A DNA stretch of 64,000 nt from Myxococcota bacterium (GTDB taxonomy: Bacteria; Myxococcota_A; SURF-8): assembly GCA_963674735.2 (NCBI GenBank), contig CAXXQS010000001.1:1664001-1728000 (forward strand), in the 5' to 3' direction. Below the pieces are notes generated by a model, which ran no database searches, had not been told where the DNA came from, and saw only the letters and a list, made by a program, of their open reading frames with translations. Each line of letters begins with the position of its first letter. Position 1 is the first letter of the stretch. The position numbers were made by a program, and so were the translations under genes. This document shows positions 8,119 through 18,649 of the stretch, piece after piece.

Positions 8119-10002
8119 CTACCGCTCGATCACCAGCCAGCTTTCCATACGGATATTCGCGCCACTACCGGTGTAAGCTTCGTCCCGGTAAAAGCCGGAG
8201 TAGGTGAACACGTTTTCCGCACCCTTCGTCACAAGAGAGGTAATGTCGGTCAAGACAGGCGCCACCTCGCGCCCCGGACACCAGCCGCTGCGACCATACC
8301 ACCAGGTGCCGTATTGGTTGGGTACGGTCCCCTCTCCCACCTGATCCATGCAGCCGGTATTTGTTCCTGCCTGGGGAAAATCCAACTGGATTTCGTCATC
8401 ATTCACACCGAAATGATGGCTGGTATTGCAGAATTCGGCACAATTTCCCGGACTCGCCATCCCATGCCCCGTGATAACGGTTGCCAGCTTCACGGCCACG
8501 GCATCCGCCGGAATGCTCAAGGTCCGCGCTTCATATTGGCTGTTGTAATCGGCGTTGAAGGCTCCACCCGAGAACAGATGGGTGGCCTCGGAGGGTTGAC
8601 TTTCTTTCGCTTGATTCATCAAGCGTATGGACAACTCGACTTCGTATGGTTGCTGGGTATAGAAAGCCAGGCGGCGCGTGCCTCCCGCTGCGAAAAGCGG
8701 AAGGAAATGGCTGACATCGTGTACCCAACGCCCTTCCCGATGATAGGTCGTAATCCAGCGTCCAATCTCGATATTGCAGGTATCGGGGTTTTCCACCTCA
8801 CACAGATACAGATGGACGATGTAATCCCAGGCCGGACAATCCCCGTATTCACCATCCCCCACACAGCCGAGATAGAGATCAAGTTCCATCGTATCCATTT
8901 CAGCCATCGTTTCGGCATTGGGGAAAACGACATCGGCATACCCCTTCGTACCCGCCCAGCCCGGATCGGACAACTCCTCGCCCGCAAATGCCGAAAGCAC
9001 CGTTGCCGTCTGCGCCGCCATCCGCTCCTCGCGTTCCGCCTCGAAATTGTAATAAATCGCTTCGTTGGCCGCCATGGATAGGTTGGGCGCATACCAGCCG
9101 ACTCCGGCATCGTAGCGGGTCTGGTCGGCATAGCTCCCGATATAACGGATACATTGAAGACGATCGATACCCACGCCCCAGCCGGGGCTCTTCAACACGG
9201 TTCCCAACCAGCCTGAGAGGTTCTGAACCGACTCGTTCACGTAGTGAATTCGATGATACCAGCGGTCTTGAACCGCCTTCTCTTCATCGGCTATGGCCGC
9301 TTCGACATCTTCGCGCAAGCTTTTGAGCAGGGTGATGATCGCCAGGGAATCGGTCGTACTGAGGATGAAAAACACCTGTGCGTTTTCGGGGAGGCGCTCC
9401 AGCAGGTCATCGACATCGCGGCTCCAAAGCGGCGTGCCGAATCCTTGGTTTTGACGCGGATTCTGCTGAATAAACAGGTACGTTTCACAACCCGTCCAGT
9501 TATCCTTCAGGTTCCATTCGCCTGCGGTCGTCTGCAGGGTGAGATCGGCCGCTTTGGCATAAAGATCGGTAGCCGCCTCCACATCTTCAAAGGAACGGAC
9601 GGCAAGCCCCAGATCCGAACATTGGAAGGTGTCGGGGGGAACGACAATCGCGTCTTCCTCCGCCTCTATTTCCGCCTCGCTCTCGTCCAGATCGCCATCC
9701 CCCTCGTCCCCATCGGTTTCGTCGCCATCGGAATCGACATTTTCCGGCCGACACGTCCCGGATGCCGCATCCCATACAAAACCGTTCGGACAGGGACGTC
9801 CCGGCAAGCAGGCACCCGTTTCGCTATCGCGGTAGAAACCATCGGGACAGCTTGATGCGTCAGCATCGCCGTCGCTCATCACATCGCCATCGGGATCACT
9901 GAATCCATCCCCGCCGGAATCGCCGTCACAACCACCAAAAAGAAAAAGCGCGATAAGCATCAAGCTAGCGAAAAGGACAGTTTGGAGAAGACGTTGGGTC
10001 AT
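8119..10002 (-). CDS. Peptide-N-glycosidase F-like lipoprotein with DGD linker and Cys-rich mini-repeats
   Basis: Lipobox FGGC; PNGase F motifs C.xWDY, EIGRWITTY, TGHG, CAEFC, GTWWYGRSGWCPG. Confidence 0.85.
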   Translation of the reverse strand: MTQRLLQTVLFASLMLIALFLFGGCDGDSGGDGFSDPDGDVMSDGDADASSCPDGFYRDSETGACLPGRPCPNGFVWDAASGTCRPENVDSDGDETDGDEGDGDLDESEAEIEAEEDAIVVPPDTFQCSDLGLAVRSFEDVEAATDLYAKAADLTLQTTAGEWNLKDNWTGCETYLFIQQNPRQNQGFGTPLWSRDVDDLLERLPENAQVFFILSTTDSLAIITLLKSLREDVEAAIADEEKAVQDRWYHRIHYVNESVQNLSGWLGTVLKSPGWGVGIDRLQCIRYIGSYADQTRYDAGVGWYAPNLSMAANEAIYYNFEAEREERMAAQTATVLSAFAGEELSDPGWAGTKGYADVVFPNAETMAEMDTMELDLYLGCVGDGEYGDCPAWDYIVHLYLCEVENPDTCNIEIGRWITTYHREGRWVHDVSHFLPLFAAGGTRRLAFYTQQPYEVELSIRLMNQAKESQPSEATHLFSGGAFNADYNSQYEARTLSIPADAVAVKLATVITGHGMASPGNCAEFCNTSHHFGVNDDEIQLDFPQAGTNTGCMDQVGEGTVPNQYGTWWYGRSGWCPGREVAPVLTDITSLVTKGAENVFTYSGFYRDEAYTGSGANIRMESWLVIER

Positions 10003-10319
10003 AGCTGGAACTCCTCAGAACGAGTTAAACGGCCTGCACATAACCCCGGCCGAGAAAATGTCACATCAACGAGCAGCCAGTATCACATTAAGTGTTCGTG
10101 ATTACAACATTATATCCTGTGCACAAGCCGCATTCCAAGCATCGGAAACCGGATCGTCAAGCCATGCATTCAAAACGCGAGGGCCTGGTTTCCATCGATT
10201 TTCCAAACCCGCTTTCGCCGATTTACTCAATGATCGCAATCAGGTGGAAGAAAAAGGGGAATGCGTTCCGCTCCAATCCCCTTCTAACCTTGCAACTACA
10301 CGTTTGAAAAAGGAATGAC

Positions 10320-10961
10320 TTGAACACACCAACCCCACATTCGACCGCGCCGAAGCCTCACGGTTCTTTTGCACTCGCGCGCATCCTGCTCGCTCTCACC
10401 GTCGCCTGGAATATCGTCGAGTTTGTGGTGGCTCTCTGGGCGGGCGACCGCGCCGATTCCCTGGCCTTGATCGGGTTCGGTCTCGATTCCGGCATTGAAA
10501 CCTTTGCCGCCGTGTTTGCCTTGCTTACCTTCGGAAGCCTGTCCGACCCGGACCTGGACGACGAGGCAGCCGAAAGCCGAGATCGGCGTCTTCACCAAGT
10601 GGTGGGCGGAACCTTTTTGGCTTTATCATTATGGATCGGCATTCAAGCCGCCATCAAGCTACTGGGCGGCGAACCGGCTCAGCCGAGTGGAATCGGGTTG
10701 ATTTTGGCGATTATCAGCCTGGTGGTGATGCCCTTTCTCGGATTCGCCAAATATCGCAACGCAGAACGCCTCGGCGCATCCGGACTCATGGCCGAAGCGA
10801 AAGAGACCATCGCCTGCGCCTACCTTTCCTTTACACTTCTGGCAGGGCTTGCGGCCCACATGTGGCTGAATTTGAACTGGATCGATAGCCTTACCGCTCT
10901 GTTTCTGATACCATGGTTGGTCAAAGAGGGTTTGGAAGGATTGCGCGGGGACGACGACTGA
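10320..10961 (+). CDS. Short CDF-like cation transporter (TM domain only)
   Basis: About 6 TM helices; SLALIGFGLDSGIE and AEAKETxxCAYLS motifs; TTG start with AAGGA RBS. Confidence 0.75.
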   Translation: MNTPTPHSTAPKPHGSFALARILLALTVAWNIVEFVVALWAGDRADSLALIGFGLDSGIETFAAVFALLTFGSLSDPDLDDEAAESRDRRLHQVVGGTFLALSLWIGIQAAIKLLGGEPAQPSGIGLILAIISLVVMPFLGFAKYRNAERLGASGLMAEAKETIACAYLSFTLLAGLAAHMWLNLNWIDSLTALFLIPWLVKEGLEGLRGDDD

Positions 10962-10965
10962 CACC

Positions 10966-11997
10966 ATGCCGCATTCACATCATCACGAACACGATCAGGC
11001 CGACCACCATAGCCATGGGTCTCACCATGACCACCATGGTCACCATTCCCATATTCCATCCGGAAGCGGAGCATTATCAGCACTGAAAGTCGCCCTGTTT
11101 CTCAACGCCTCTTTTCTCGTCCTCGAATTACTGGTGGGTTTGTTCTCCAACTCATTGGCGCTCTTGTCGGATGCAGGGCACATGGTCTCGGATGTCGCGG
11201 CGCTCGCTCTGGCCGCCATGGCCGAACGGCTATCGCAAGCAACCCCGCGAGCCTCCTTCACGTTCGGTTTCAAACGCCTCCCGGTTCTGGGTGGTTTTGC
11301 CAACGCCCTGACATTACTGGCGATTGTCGTCATCATTTTCTGGCAAGCTTGGCAACGCCTGATCGAAAGCCCGGAAGTTATGGGCTGGCCGGTTCTGCTG
11401 GTCGGGGCCGCCGGATTGCTGGTCAACCTGGTCTCGGCCTGGTGGTTGCATCGCTCGGCCTCCGATTCCATCAATATCCGAGGAGCCATTTTGCACCTGA
11501 TGGCCGACTCGCTGGGTTCACTCGGCGCGATCGTGGCCGCCATCGTCATCATCACCACCGGTTGGACACCCATCGATGCATTGGTTTCGGTCTTGATCGG
11601 TCTGTTGATTCTTTTGGCCACGCTCCCGCTTCTACGCGATGCAATGAAAGTTCTGCTGCAGGCGGCTCCGGCCTCCGTCGATATGGCCGACTTGCGCCAA
11701 TTTATCGAAAACGCCAATGAAGTCGAGCAGATCATCGATTTGCACGTTTGGGAACTCGATTCCGGGCAAGTCATGCTGACCGGCACTTTTGAAACAAATT
11801 GCGGCAGTATCTCGGTTCTACATCGGACTGCCGCACACCTGCATGAAAGCTTTAACGAAACATTCGGTATTTCCCACGCCACAATCGAATGGTGCCCGGC
11901 CGATCATAGCGGCGTCGAGTCGCACTTCATCCCGAGTTGCGACTATTGCAAACCCACCATTTCCCTCCCGGAATCGTCTCCGCCCAAGACCGAGTGA
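10966..11997 (+). CDS. czcD: CDF family Zn/Co/Cd efflux transporter with His-rich N-terminus
   Basis: His-rich N-tail; SLALLSDAGHMVSD, HLMADSLGS, DLHVW, HATI. Confidence 0.9.
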   Translation: MPHSHHHEHDQADHHSHGSHHDHHGHHSHIPSGSGALSALKVALFLNASFLVLELLVGLFSNSLALLSDAGHMVSDVAALALAAMAERLSQATPRASFTFGFKRLPVLGGFANALTLLAIVVIIFWQAWQRLIESPEVMGWPVLLVGAAGLLVNLVSAWWLHRSASDSINIRGAILHLMADSLGSLGAIVAAIVIITTGWTPIDALVSVLIGLLILLATLPLLRDAMKVLLQAAPASVDMADLRQFIENANEVEQIIDLHVWELDSGQVMLTGTFETNCGSISVLHRTAAHLHESFNETFGISHATIEWCPADHSGVESHFIPSCDYCKPTISLPESSPPKTE

Positions 11998-12105
11998 TCC
12001 GTTCCCACCGCGCGAATTCCCTTGCGAAGGTCCATGGGCCATGATAGCCTGACTACTCGGTAAACACAGGGTTTTCCACACTTTTATGTAAGACGGACCT
12101 GCGGC

Positions 12106-13094
12106 ATGGAACAAACTGAAATCCTATCGTTCGACAACAATGAGTATTGCCGCACCTTGTTCGGTTTGCACAATACCCATCTGCAAGTCATTGCCAGACA
12201 TTACGACATCCAAGTCGATTCCCGTGGCAATGAAATCACCTTGCGGGGCGAATCCGATAACGTGAAACAGGCGCTGAAAGTTTTGAATCAACTCTACACC
12301 CTGGTTGAACGGCGTTATCCGCTAAGCGAATCCGACATCCATCAGGCTTTCGAAATCCTCGAACAACATCCCGACAGCCAGCTGGAGCGTGTGTTTCTCG
12401 ACAAAGCGATCATCAGCGGAACGGGGCGCAAACGCATCACGCCGAAATCTCCGGCCCAGAAGGCCTATGTCGATGCCATCGAACGCCTCGATCTCGTGTT
12501 TTCGGTCGGGCCGGCCGGCACCGGGAAAACCTATCTGGCCATGGCCATGGCGGTGGCGGCGCTTTTACGGAAAGACTACAAGCGCATCATCCTCACCCGT
12601 CCGGCGGTTGAGGCAGGCGAACACCTCGGTTTTCTTCCCGGCGACCTCATCGAAAAAGTCAATCCGTACCTGCGCCCGCTCTATGATGCGCTTTACGACA
12701 TGATCGACATCGAAAAGGCGCGTGTGTGGATGCAGCAAGGGACCGTCGAAGTGGCTCCACTGGCCTTTATGCGCGGACGCACCCTCAACGATAGTTTCAT
12801 CATTCTCGACGAAGCGCAAAACACCACTCCCCCGAGCAGATGAAGATGTTTCTGACACGCATCGGCTTCGGATCGAAGGCGGTCGTCACCGGCGACATCA
12901 CCCAGATCGACTTGCCCAACAACACCCATTCCGGTCTCGTGCACGCGGTTGGAATCTTGAAAGACGTGGAAGGCATCGCCACGTGCCGCTTCACGCATCG
13001 TGACGTGGTACGGCATCCGCTTGTCAAGCGGATCGTCCTGGCCTATGACAACTACGACCGAGGTAAGGATGTCCAGCAAAACAAATCCAAATAA
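12106..13094 (+). CDS. phoH: PhoH family ATPase, split by a frameshift near 12830 (ORFs 12106-12843 and 12840-13094)
   Basis: [39 protein letters not shown], then [23 protein letters not shown] in another frame after a CCCCC run. Confidence 0.9.
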
Positions 13095-15699
13095 CGCCGA
13101 GAAACGTCCGACACCGCCGGAAGGGCTGCCCAAGGCAAACAACAAACCGGATCTGACCCGGATGCGAAAAGCAATGAGCTGGCGTGCCATCGACACCCCC
13201 GCCTATCGCTACATTTTGTTGGTTACGGTCGCCACGCTGCTGGCCCTTCTCGTCACACCATCCTTGTTTTCGACGACGCCGAGCTACGACGACCAGATGC
13301 TCAATCAGGTCGCGACATCCGACATCCGCTCTCCGGCCGATCTCAACATCGAGGATCTCGCTGCAACGGAGAAAAAGCGCGAGGAAGTGGAACGATCGAC
13401 CCATCCGATTTACGATTATCATCCGCAACTCTCGAACGAAATCCAGGTCCGCATCGACGAAGCCTTCAGCGCCGCCCGCACACGGCTTTATGAATTTATT
13501 CTCCATCAGGTGGTGGAACCCGAAATCGCGAGTACCAAGCCCAAGTCGACAGAAAACAAAATCGACCCCAACGCCCCGGCTGCGGAGAACAACCCGGAAG
13601 AACTGGCAGGAATCCGTCAACAAAAACTGAAGGAAATTGCGGATAACATCGAAACCTACATCGGAAAAATCAATCGCAATAAAACACTCGCCAAAGATCT
13701 GAAAAGTCATGTTCTCTTGGCCCACAACGATTTCAACAAAACCATCCAAGCCGTGGTGCCGGAGTCGAATTACTTAGATCTTTTCAACAATCATTTTTCC
13801 ATCGAGCTCAGCAACGCCCTCAAAAGCATGATCGGCGATGTCATGAGCCGCAAAATCATCAACGAAAAGGAATTGATGGAGCGGGGCGAGGATGGCTTGA
13901 TCACCATTCGGATCGTCGATAATGCCAGCAAAAAAACCGCCCAGTACGACCAACGCGATCTGAGCGGTATTTTGGATCTGAAAGAAGTAAACCGCTCCCT
14001 CTGGCGCTATACCACCATTCTCTCCGACCTTGGAAACCGACAACGGGAATTGCTGCTGCGCGTCGGGGCGAAGCTGGTTCAACCGAATCTCGCCTACAAC
14101 CGCAACTTGACCATCGAACATCGCCGCCATGCTCGCGAAGCGGTAAAAGCCATGTTTATCCCCATTAAAAAAGGGGAAGTTATTATTCGCGACGGTATGC
14201 GCTTCGAACAGCGGCACCTGGTCATCCTGCGCGCGATTGAAAATGAAATCGCGTCCACGAATCCGTTGCTCAGCCTGCTTGCCTATTTTATTTTCTTTTT
14301 CCTCGTCCTGTATTCACTGATCTTTTTCGCTTCGCGCAATATCCGTAAATTCAAGCCCGAAGCCAAAGATTACACCGCGATTGCGTTTTTAACCCTCTTG
14401 TTCATCCTGATGGTCAAGGCGGTGAGCGTCGTGGCAAACGCCCTCGACGTCGTTCTGCCGTCGTTGTCGATCGAGGCGTATTATCTGGCGATACCGGTAG
14501 CCGCCGGTGGTGCGATGGTCCGCATCATGTGCAACTCGGAAACGGCCTACGTTTTTATCGCACTGATTTCGTTGCTTTTCGGAATGCTGACCAATAATCC
14601 TGTTTTCATGAGCACCTATGCGCTGGTAACCTCCCTGATTGCCGCGGACGCCGTCGGCCAGTGCCGCACGCGAGCCACCCTTTTTCTGGCAGGCATGCGG
14701 GCTTCGCTGGTCGCAATGCTGATGGTGCTTTTCCATTCGATGGTCCAAGGCAATCTCGTCGAGATGAGTTTTTTACATCTGCTGCTGGCCGCGTTCATCA
14801 GCGGGATGGCCACCGGCTTGGTTCTCACCGGCATGACTCCGGTGATTGAATTCATTTTCAACTACACCACCGACATCAAATTGTTGGAACTGGCCAACTT
14901 AAACCACCCCCTACTGAAGAAACTGATCGTTCAAGCGCCGGGGACTTACCATCATAGTATCCTGGTCGGATCGCTGGTCGAGGCGGCGGCCGAGTCCATT
15001 CACGCCAATCCGTTGCTGGCTCGCGTCGCGGCCTATTATCACGATATCGGAAAAGTCAAAAACCCGTTGTATTTCGCGGAGAACCAGCGCGAAGGTCAGA
15101 ACCCGCACGACACCCTGAATCCCAATATGAGCGTTCTTATCCTGCTTTCGCACGTCAAGGAAGGGGCCGAGCTCGCCCGAAAACACAATTTGGGTGAGAA
15201 AATCACGTGGATTATCCAGCAGCACCACGGCACCAATCTCATTCGCTTTTTCCACCACAAGGCCTTGGAAATGCACGAAAAAGGCGACATAAAAGCGGTG
15301 GACGAACGCGATTTCCGTTATCCCGGCCCCAAACCGCAAACTCTCGAAGCCGGTCTGGTTATGTTGGCCGACTCCGTAGAAGCCGCCACCCGCAGTCTCA
15401 ACGAGCCGACACCCGAGCGCGTCCAGGGGACGGTCCAGCGTGTCATCAATATGATTTTCCGCGATGAGCAGCTCAACGAATGCGAGCTGACCCTGAAAGA
15501 TCTGCACTTAATCGCCCGTTCTTTCACACAAATCCTGATTGGGATTTACCATAACCGCCCGGTTTATCCGGGATCCAAACAGCAGGAGAAACCGCAGGAT
15601 GCCCGTTCAAATCCTCAACCGCCAGCGCAAACACACCCTGACATCGACGACGTGGAAGACACAGACGACAAAGATATTAAGCGCCTTGGGATGCACTGA
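13069..15699 (+). CDS. 7TM-HDIG membrane HD phosphohydrolase (PgpH-like cyclic-di-AMP phosphodiesterase family)
   Basis: Large extracytoplasmic domain and 7 TM; [29 protein letters not shown]; standard phoH-HD-ybeY synteny. Start placed at the ATG after AAGG. Confidence 0.88.
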   Translation: MSSKTNPNNAEKRPTPPEGLPKANNKPDLTRMRKAMSWRAIDTPAYRYILLVTVATLLALLVTPSLFSTTPSYDDQMLNQVATSDIRSPADLNIEDLAATEKKREEVERSTHPIYDYHPQLSNEIQVRIDEAFSAARTRLYEFILHQVVEPEIASTKPKSTENKIDPNAPAAENNPEELAGIRQQKLKEIADNIETYIGKINRNKTLAKDLKSHVLLAHNDFNKTIQAVVPESNYLDLFNNHFSIELSNALKSMIGDVMSRKIINEKELMERGEDGLITIRIVDNASKKTAQYDQRDLSGILDLKEVNRSLWRYTTILSDLGNRQRELLLRVGAKLVQPNLAYNRNLTIEHRRHAREAVKAMFIPIKKGEVIIRDGMRFEQRHLVILRAIENEIASTNPLLSLLAYFIFFFLVLYSLIFFASRNIRKFKPEAKDYTAIAFLTLLFILMVKAVSVVANALDVVLPSLSIEAYYLAIPVAAGGAMVRIMCNSETAYVFIALISLLFGMLTNNPVFMSTYALVTSLIAADAVGQCRTRATLFLAGMRASLVAMLMVLFHSMVQGNLVEMSFLHLLLAAFISGMATGLVLTGMTPVIEFIFNYTTDIKLLELANLNHPLLKKLIVQAPGTYHHSILVGSLVEAAAESIHANPLLARVAAYYHDIGKVKNPLYFAENQREGQNPHDTLNPNMSVLILLSHVKEGAELARKHNLGEKITWIIQQHHGTNLIRFFHHKALEMHEKGDIKAVDERDFRYPGPKPQTLEAGLVMLADSVEAATRSLNEPTPERVQGTVQRVINMIFRDEQLNECELTLKDLHLIARSFTQILIGIYHNRPVYPGSKQQEKPQDARSNPQPPAQTHPDIDDVEDTDDKDIKRLGMH

Positions 15700-16030
15700 C
15701 CGCGAAGTCAGCGTGATGTTCGTTTCCGACAAGAAAATGCGTGAATTCAATAAGAAATTCCGCGATAAAGACACGTCCACGGATGTGCTGTCTTTCCCGG
15801 CCGATAGCGAACCGCAAGCGGGCGCCGACCTCGACTACCTCGGCGACATCCTCATCTCAACCGAAACCGCCGCGCGTCAGGCGCAGGAGATCGGGCACAG
15901 TTTCGACGACGAAATCACGCGTCTGCTGGTCCACGGCATGCTACACCTGCTGGGGTACGATCACCAGGATTCCAAAAGCGCCCGCAGCATGCGCGCCAAA
16001 GAAAAAGCGCTTCTGTCGAAACTGGATTAA
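15599..16030 (+). CDS. ybeY: rRNA maturation endoribonuclease YbeY
   Basis: TDVLSFP, LGDI.IS, HGMLHLLGYDH. Confidence 0.93.
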   Translation: MPVQILNRQRKHTLTSTTWKTQTTKILSALGCTDREVSVMFVSDKKMREFNKKFRDKDTSTDVLSFPADSEPQAGADLDYLGDILISTETAARQAQEIGHSFDDEITRLLVHGMLHLLGYDHQDSKSARSMRAKEKALLSKLD

Positions 16031-16047
16031 CGACAACCAAAACACGA

Positions 16048-17669
16048 TTGCGATTCATGATGTCTTTCCTTTCTCAAGCCGGTTTAATCCTCCTATCCGC
16101 CTTTTTATTGGCTTTTTCGCATCCCTGGTCGCCTCCGATCATCTCCCGCAGCCAAAACCTGATAGCCGATCATGGGTTACAGGCTTTGCTGGCATGGATC
16201 GGACTGCTTCCCTTTTTGCTGCTAGCGAAGCGACTCAAAGGCGGACGGCTGTTCGCCGCCGCCCTGGGGTTGTCGTTCGCCTACTTTTTCCTGTCGCTCT
16301 TCTGGATCAACAACGCCATCGTGATTTATGGCAACCTAAACCTGCTCGTCTCGTTCGCCATGACCGGCGGTTTGAGCCTGCTGATGGGATCGATGTGGGC
16401 GTTCGGGCTTTTCTGGGGGATTCTGGCCCACCGGCACACGGGCTTGCGATTGTCCATCACCCTTCCGATATGTGTGGTGGCCTGGGAGTTCATCCGCAAC
16501 TACTTTTTTACCGGCTTCCCCTGGCAAAACCTGGCCTATAGTCAACACTACAACGCCCCGGTCCTGCAAACGGCTTCCCTCTGGGGTATTTACGGCATCA
16601 ACTTCATGTTGATTTTGAGCAATGCCGTTCTCTACGAATTGATCCAATGGCGGCGAACGAAACAGAAAGAAGACTTTCCGCGATACAGCGTCGCTTTGCT
16701 GGTGGGTCTGGTCGGTTTCTCCTACGCCTACGGCGTCGTCATGATGCACGTGAACGACCGACGCGAAGCCGCAGCACCGCGTTTGAAAGCCGCCCTGATA
16801 CAGGGAAACATCGATCAAGATACCAAGAACGACTCCTACCGCTTCGCCTATCGCATCCTCGACGTTTACCAGGGGCTGACGCTTCAGGTGCCCGACGATG
16901 TGGACTTGGTCATTTGGCCCGAGGCGGCCTATCCCTTCAACGTCCCGCACGGCTCCACTCACATGAGCCGCGTCTTCTCCCGGCCCAACAGCACCTGGCC
17001 GAGCCGCTTACCTTGGCATATGTTAATCGGTATCCCGACTTACGAAAGGCTACCGAATCTAAAGAAATACTTCAACTCTGCTTTCCTCCTCGACCCCGAC
17101 ATGAAAGTGCTCGGATCCTTCGACAAATCGCACCTGGTGCCCTTTGGCGAATACGTTCCTTTCCACAAATTCATCGACGTCAACAAAATCGTACCCGGCG
17201 CGGGTATGTTCTACCCCGGCACCCTGGGACAAGGACTGAGTTTCGGCGATTATCGTTTCGGCGCACTCATCTGCTACGAAGGCATTTTTCCGAAATCTCG
17301 CGCGAGTACGCGAATATCGGAGTCCAGTTTCTTGTTAATATTACCAACGACGCCTGGTACGGTCCTTCCAGCGCGCCGTATCAACACCTGGCCTTCTACA
17401 GCTTCCGGGCCGTCGAAACGGGCAAGGCCTTGCTGCGCGCCGCCAACACCGGTTTTTCGGCTTGGATCGACAGCTCGGGCCGTATTCGCAAGCGCACCGA
17501 TCTGTTCTCCCGCACGATCTTGATCGACTCCATTCCTCTGATGAATCACCGAACCCTCTATCGCATCATCGGGGACAGTTTCGTTTGGCCAATGATCGCA
17601 ATGTGGCTATACTGGACGTTGGGGATACTTCGATCAAGCAGACGCAGTCAAAGGCGGAAAAGCACTTGA
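16048..17669 (+). CDS. lnt: Apolipoprotein N-acyltransferase, frameshifted near 17290
   Basis: GFPW, QGNI, WPEAA (E), K..LVPFGE (K), ICYE (C); the continuation EISRE..NITNDAWYG..RAVE..RAANTGFS lies in another frame (TTTTTCC, one base short). Confidence 0.9.
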
Positions 17670-17734
17670 GATATACACTTGTTTAACTTATCATAATTTC
17701 GCCGTTTAAGAGTCCACACACAAGGAGGACGACA

Positions 17735-18649
17735 ATGAATCGCATCCTCGCGAAAAAAAAGCTCGCGGAGAAAGTCTGGTACTACCGTATCGAGGCTCCG
17801 CTCATCGCTAAACGCAGAAAAGCCGGTCAATTCATTATGTTGCGTCTATGGGAAGGCGGCGAACGCATCCCGTTGACCATCGCGGACGCCGATCCCGAAG
17901 AGGGTTCCATCACCTTGATCGTGCAGGAAGTGGGAAAAACCACGGTCATGATGGCCGATCTCGAAGTCGGCGATTTCATTCTGGACCTGGCCGGTCCTCT
18001 CGGCAAACCGACCCATGTCGAAAAGGTCGGGACGGTCGTGATGGTTGGCGGCGGCATCGGCGTCGCACCTGCCCATCCCATCGCTCAGGCCATGAAAGCC
18101 GCCGGAAACAAAGTGATTTCGATTCTGGGGGCTCGCAACAAAGAACTGATCATCATGGAGGAGGAAACGCGGCGCGCCTCCGACGAAGTGCTGATCGTCA
18201 CCGACGACGGTAGCTACGGAGTCAAGGGCTTTGTCACGACCGCGCTGCAGGGCTTGATCGACAAAGGTGAAAAGATCGATATGGTTATTGCCATCGGTCC
18301 GCCCATCATGATGAAATTTGTCTCGGAACTCACCCGCCCCTACAAGATCCACACCGTTGTGTCGCTCAACACCATCATGATCGACGGAACGGGAATGTGC
18401 GGCGGCTGCCGGGTTCTGATCGACGGAAAAAACAAGTTCGTCTGCGTCGACGGTCCGGAATTCGACGGACACAAGGTCGATTTCGACAACATGATGGCGC
18501 GCCAGCGTGCTTACGTCGAGGCCGAAAGCCAGTCGCTGCAGAACTTCGAAAAAGCCGACCACCAAATCGGCGACAAGGGATGCAACTTGCACGCGATGAT
18601 GCAGGACACGCAGGATTCGTCTAAAGAGACCGGAGGCGACCATGAGTGA
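17735..18649 (+). CDS. nfnA: NfnA/SudB FAD/NAD-binding [2Fe-2S] subunit
   Basis: ERIPLTI, GGGIG.AP, DGTGMCGGCRV..CVDGPEF. Confidence 0.9.
   Translation: MNRILAKKKLAEKVWYYRIEAPLIAKRRKAGQFIMLRLWEGGERIPLTIADADPEEGSITLIVQEVGKTTVMMADLEVGDFILDLAGPLGKPTHVEKVGTVVMVGGGIGVAPAHPIAQAMKAAGNKVISILGARNKELIIMEEETRRASDEVLIVTDDGSYGVKGFVTTALQGLIDKGEKIDMVIAIGPPIMMKFVSELTRPYKIHTVVSLNTIMIDGTGMCGGCRVLIDGKNKFVCVDGPEFDGHKVDFDNMMARQRAYVEAESQSLQNFEKADHQIGDKGCNLHAMMQDTQDSSKETGGDHE

Noticed and set aside
15741-17669. ORFs 15741-16541 and 16647-17669 as independent genes
   Set aside because: Alternative frames over ybeY/lnt; only the last ~125 codons of 16647-17669 are real (the Lnt C-terminus after the frameshift).
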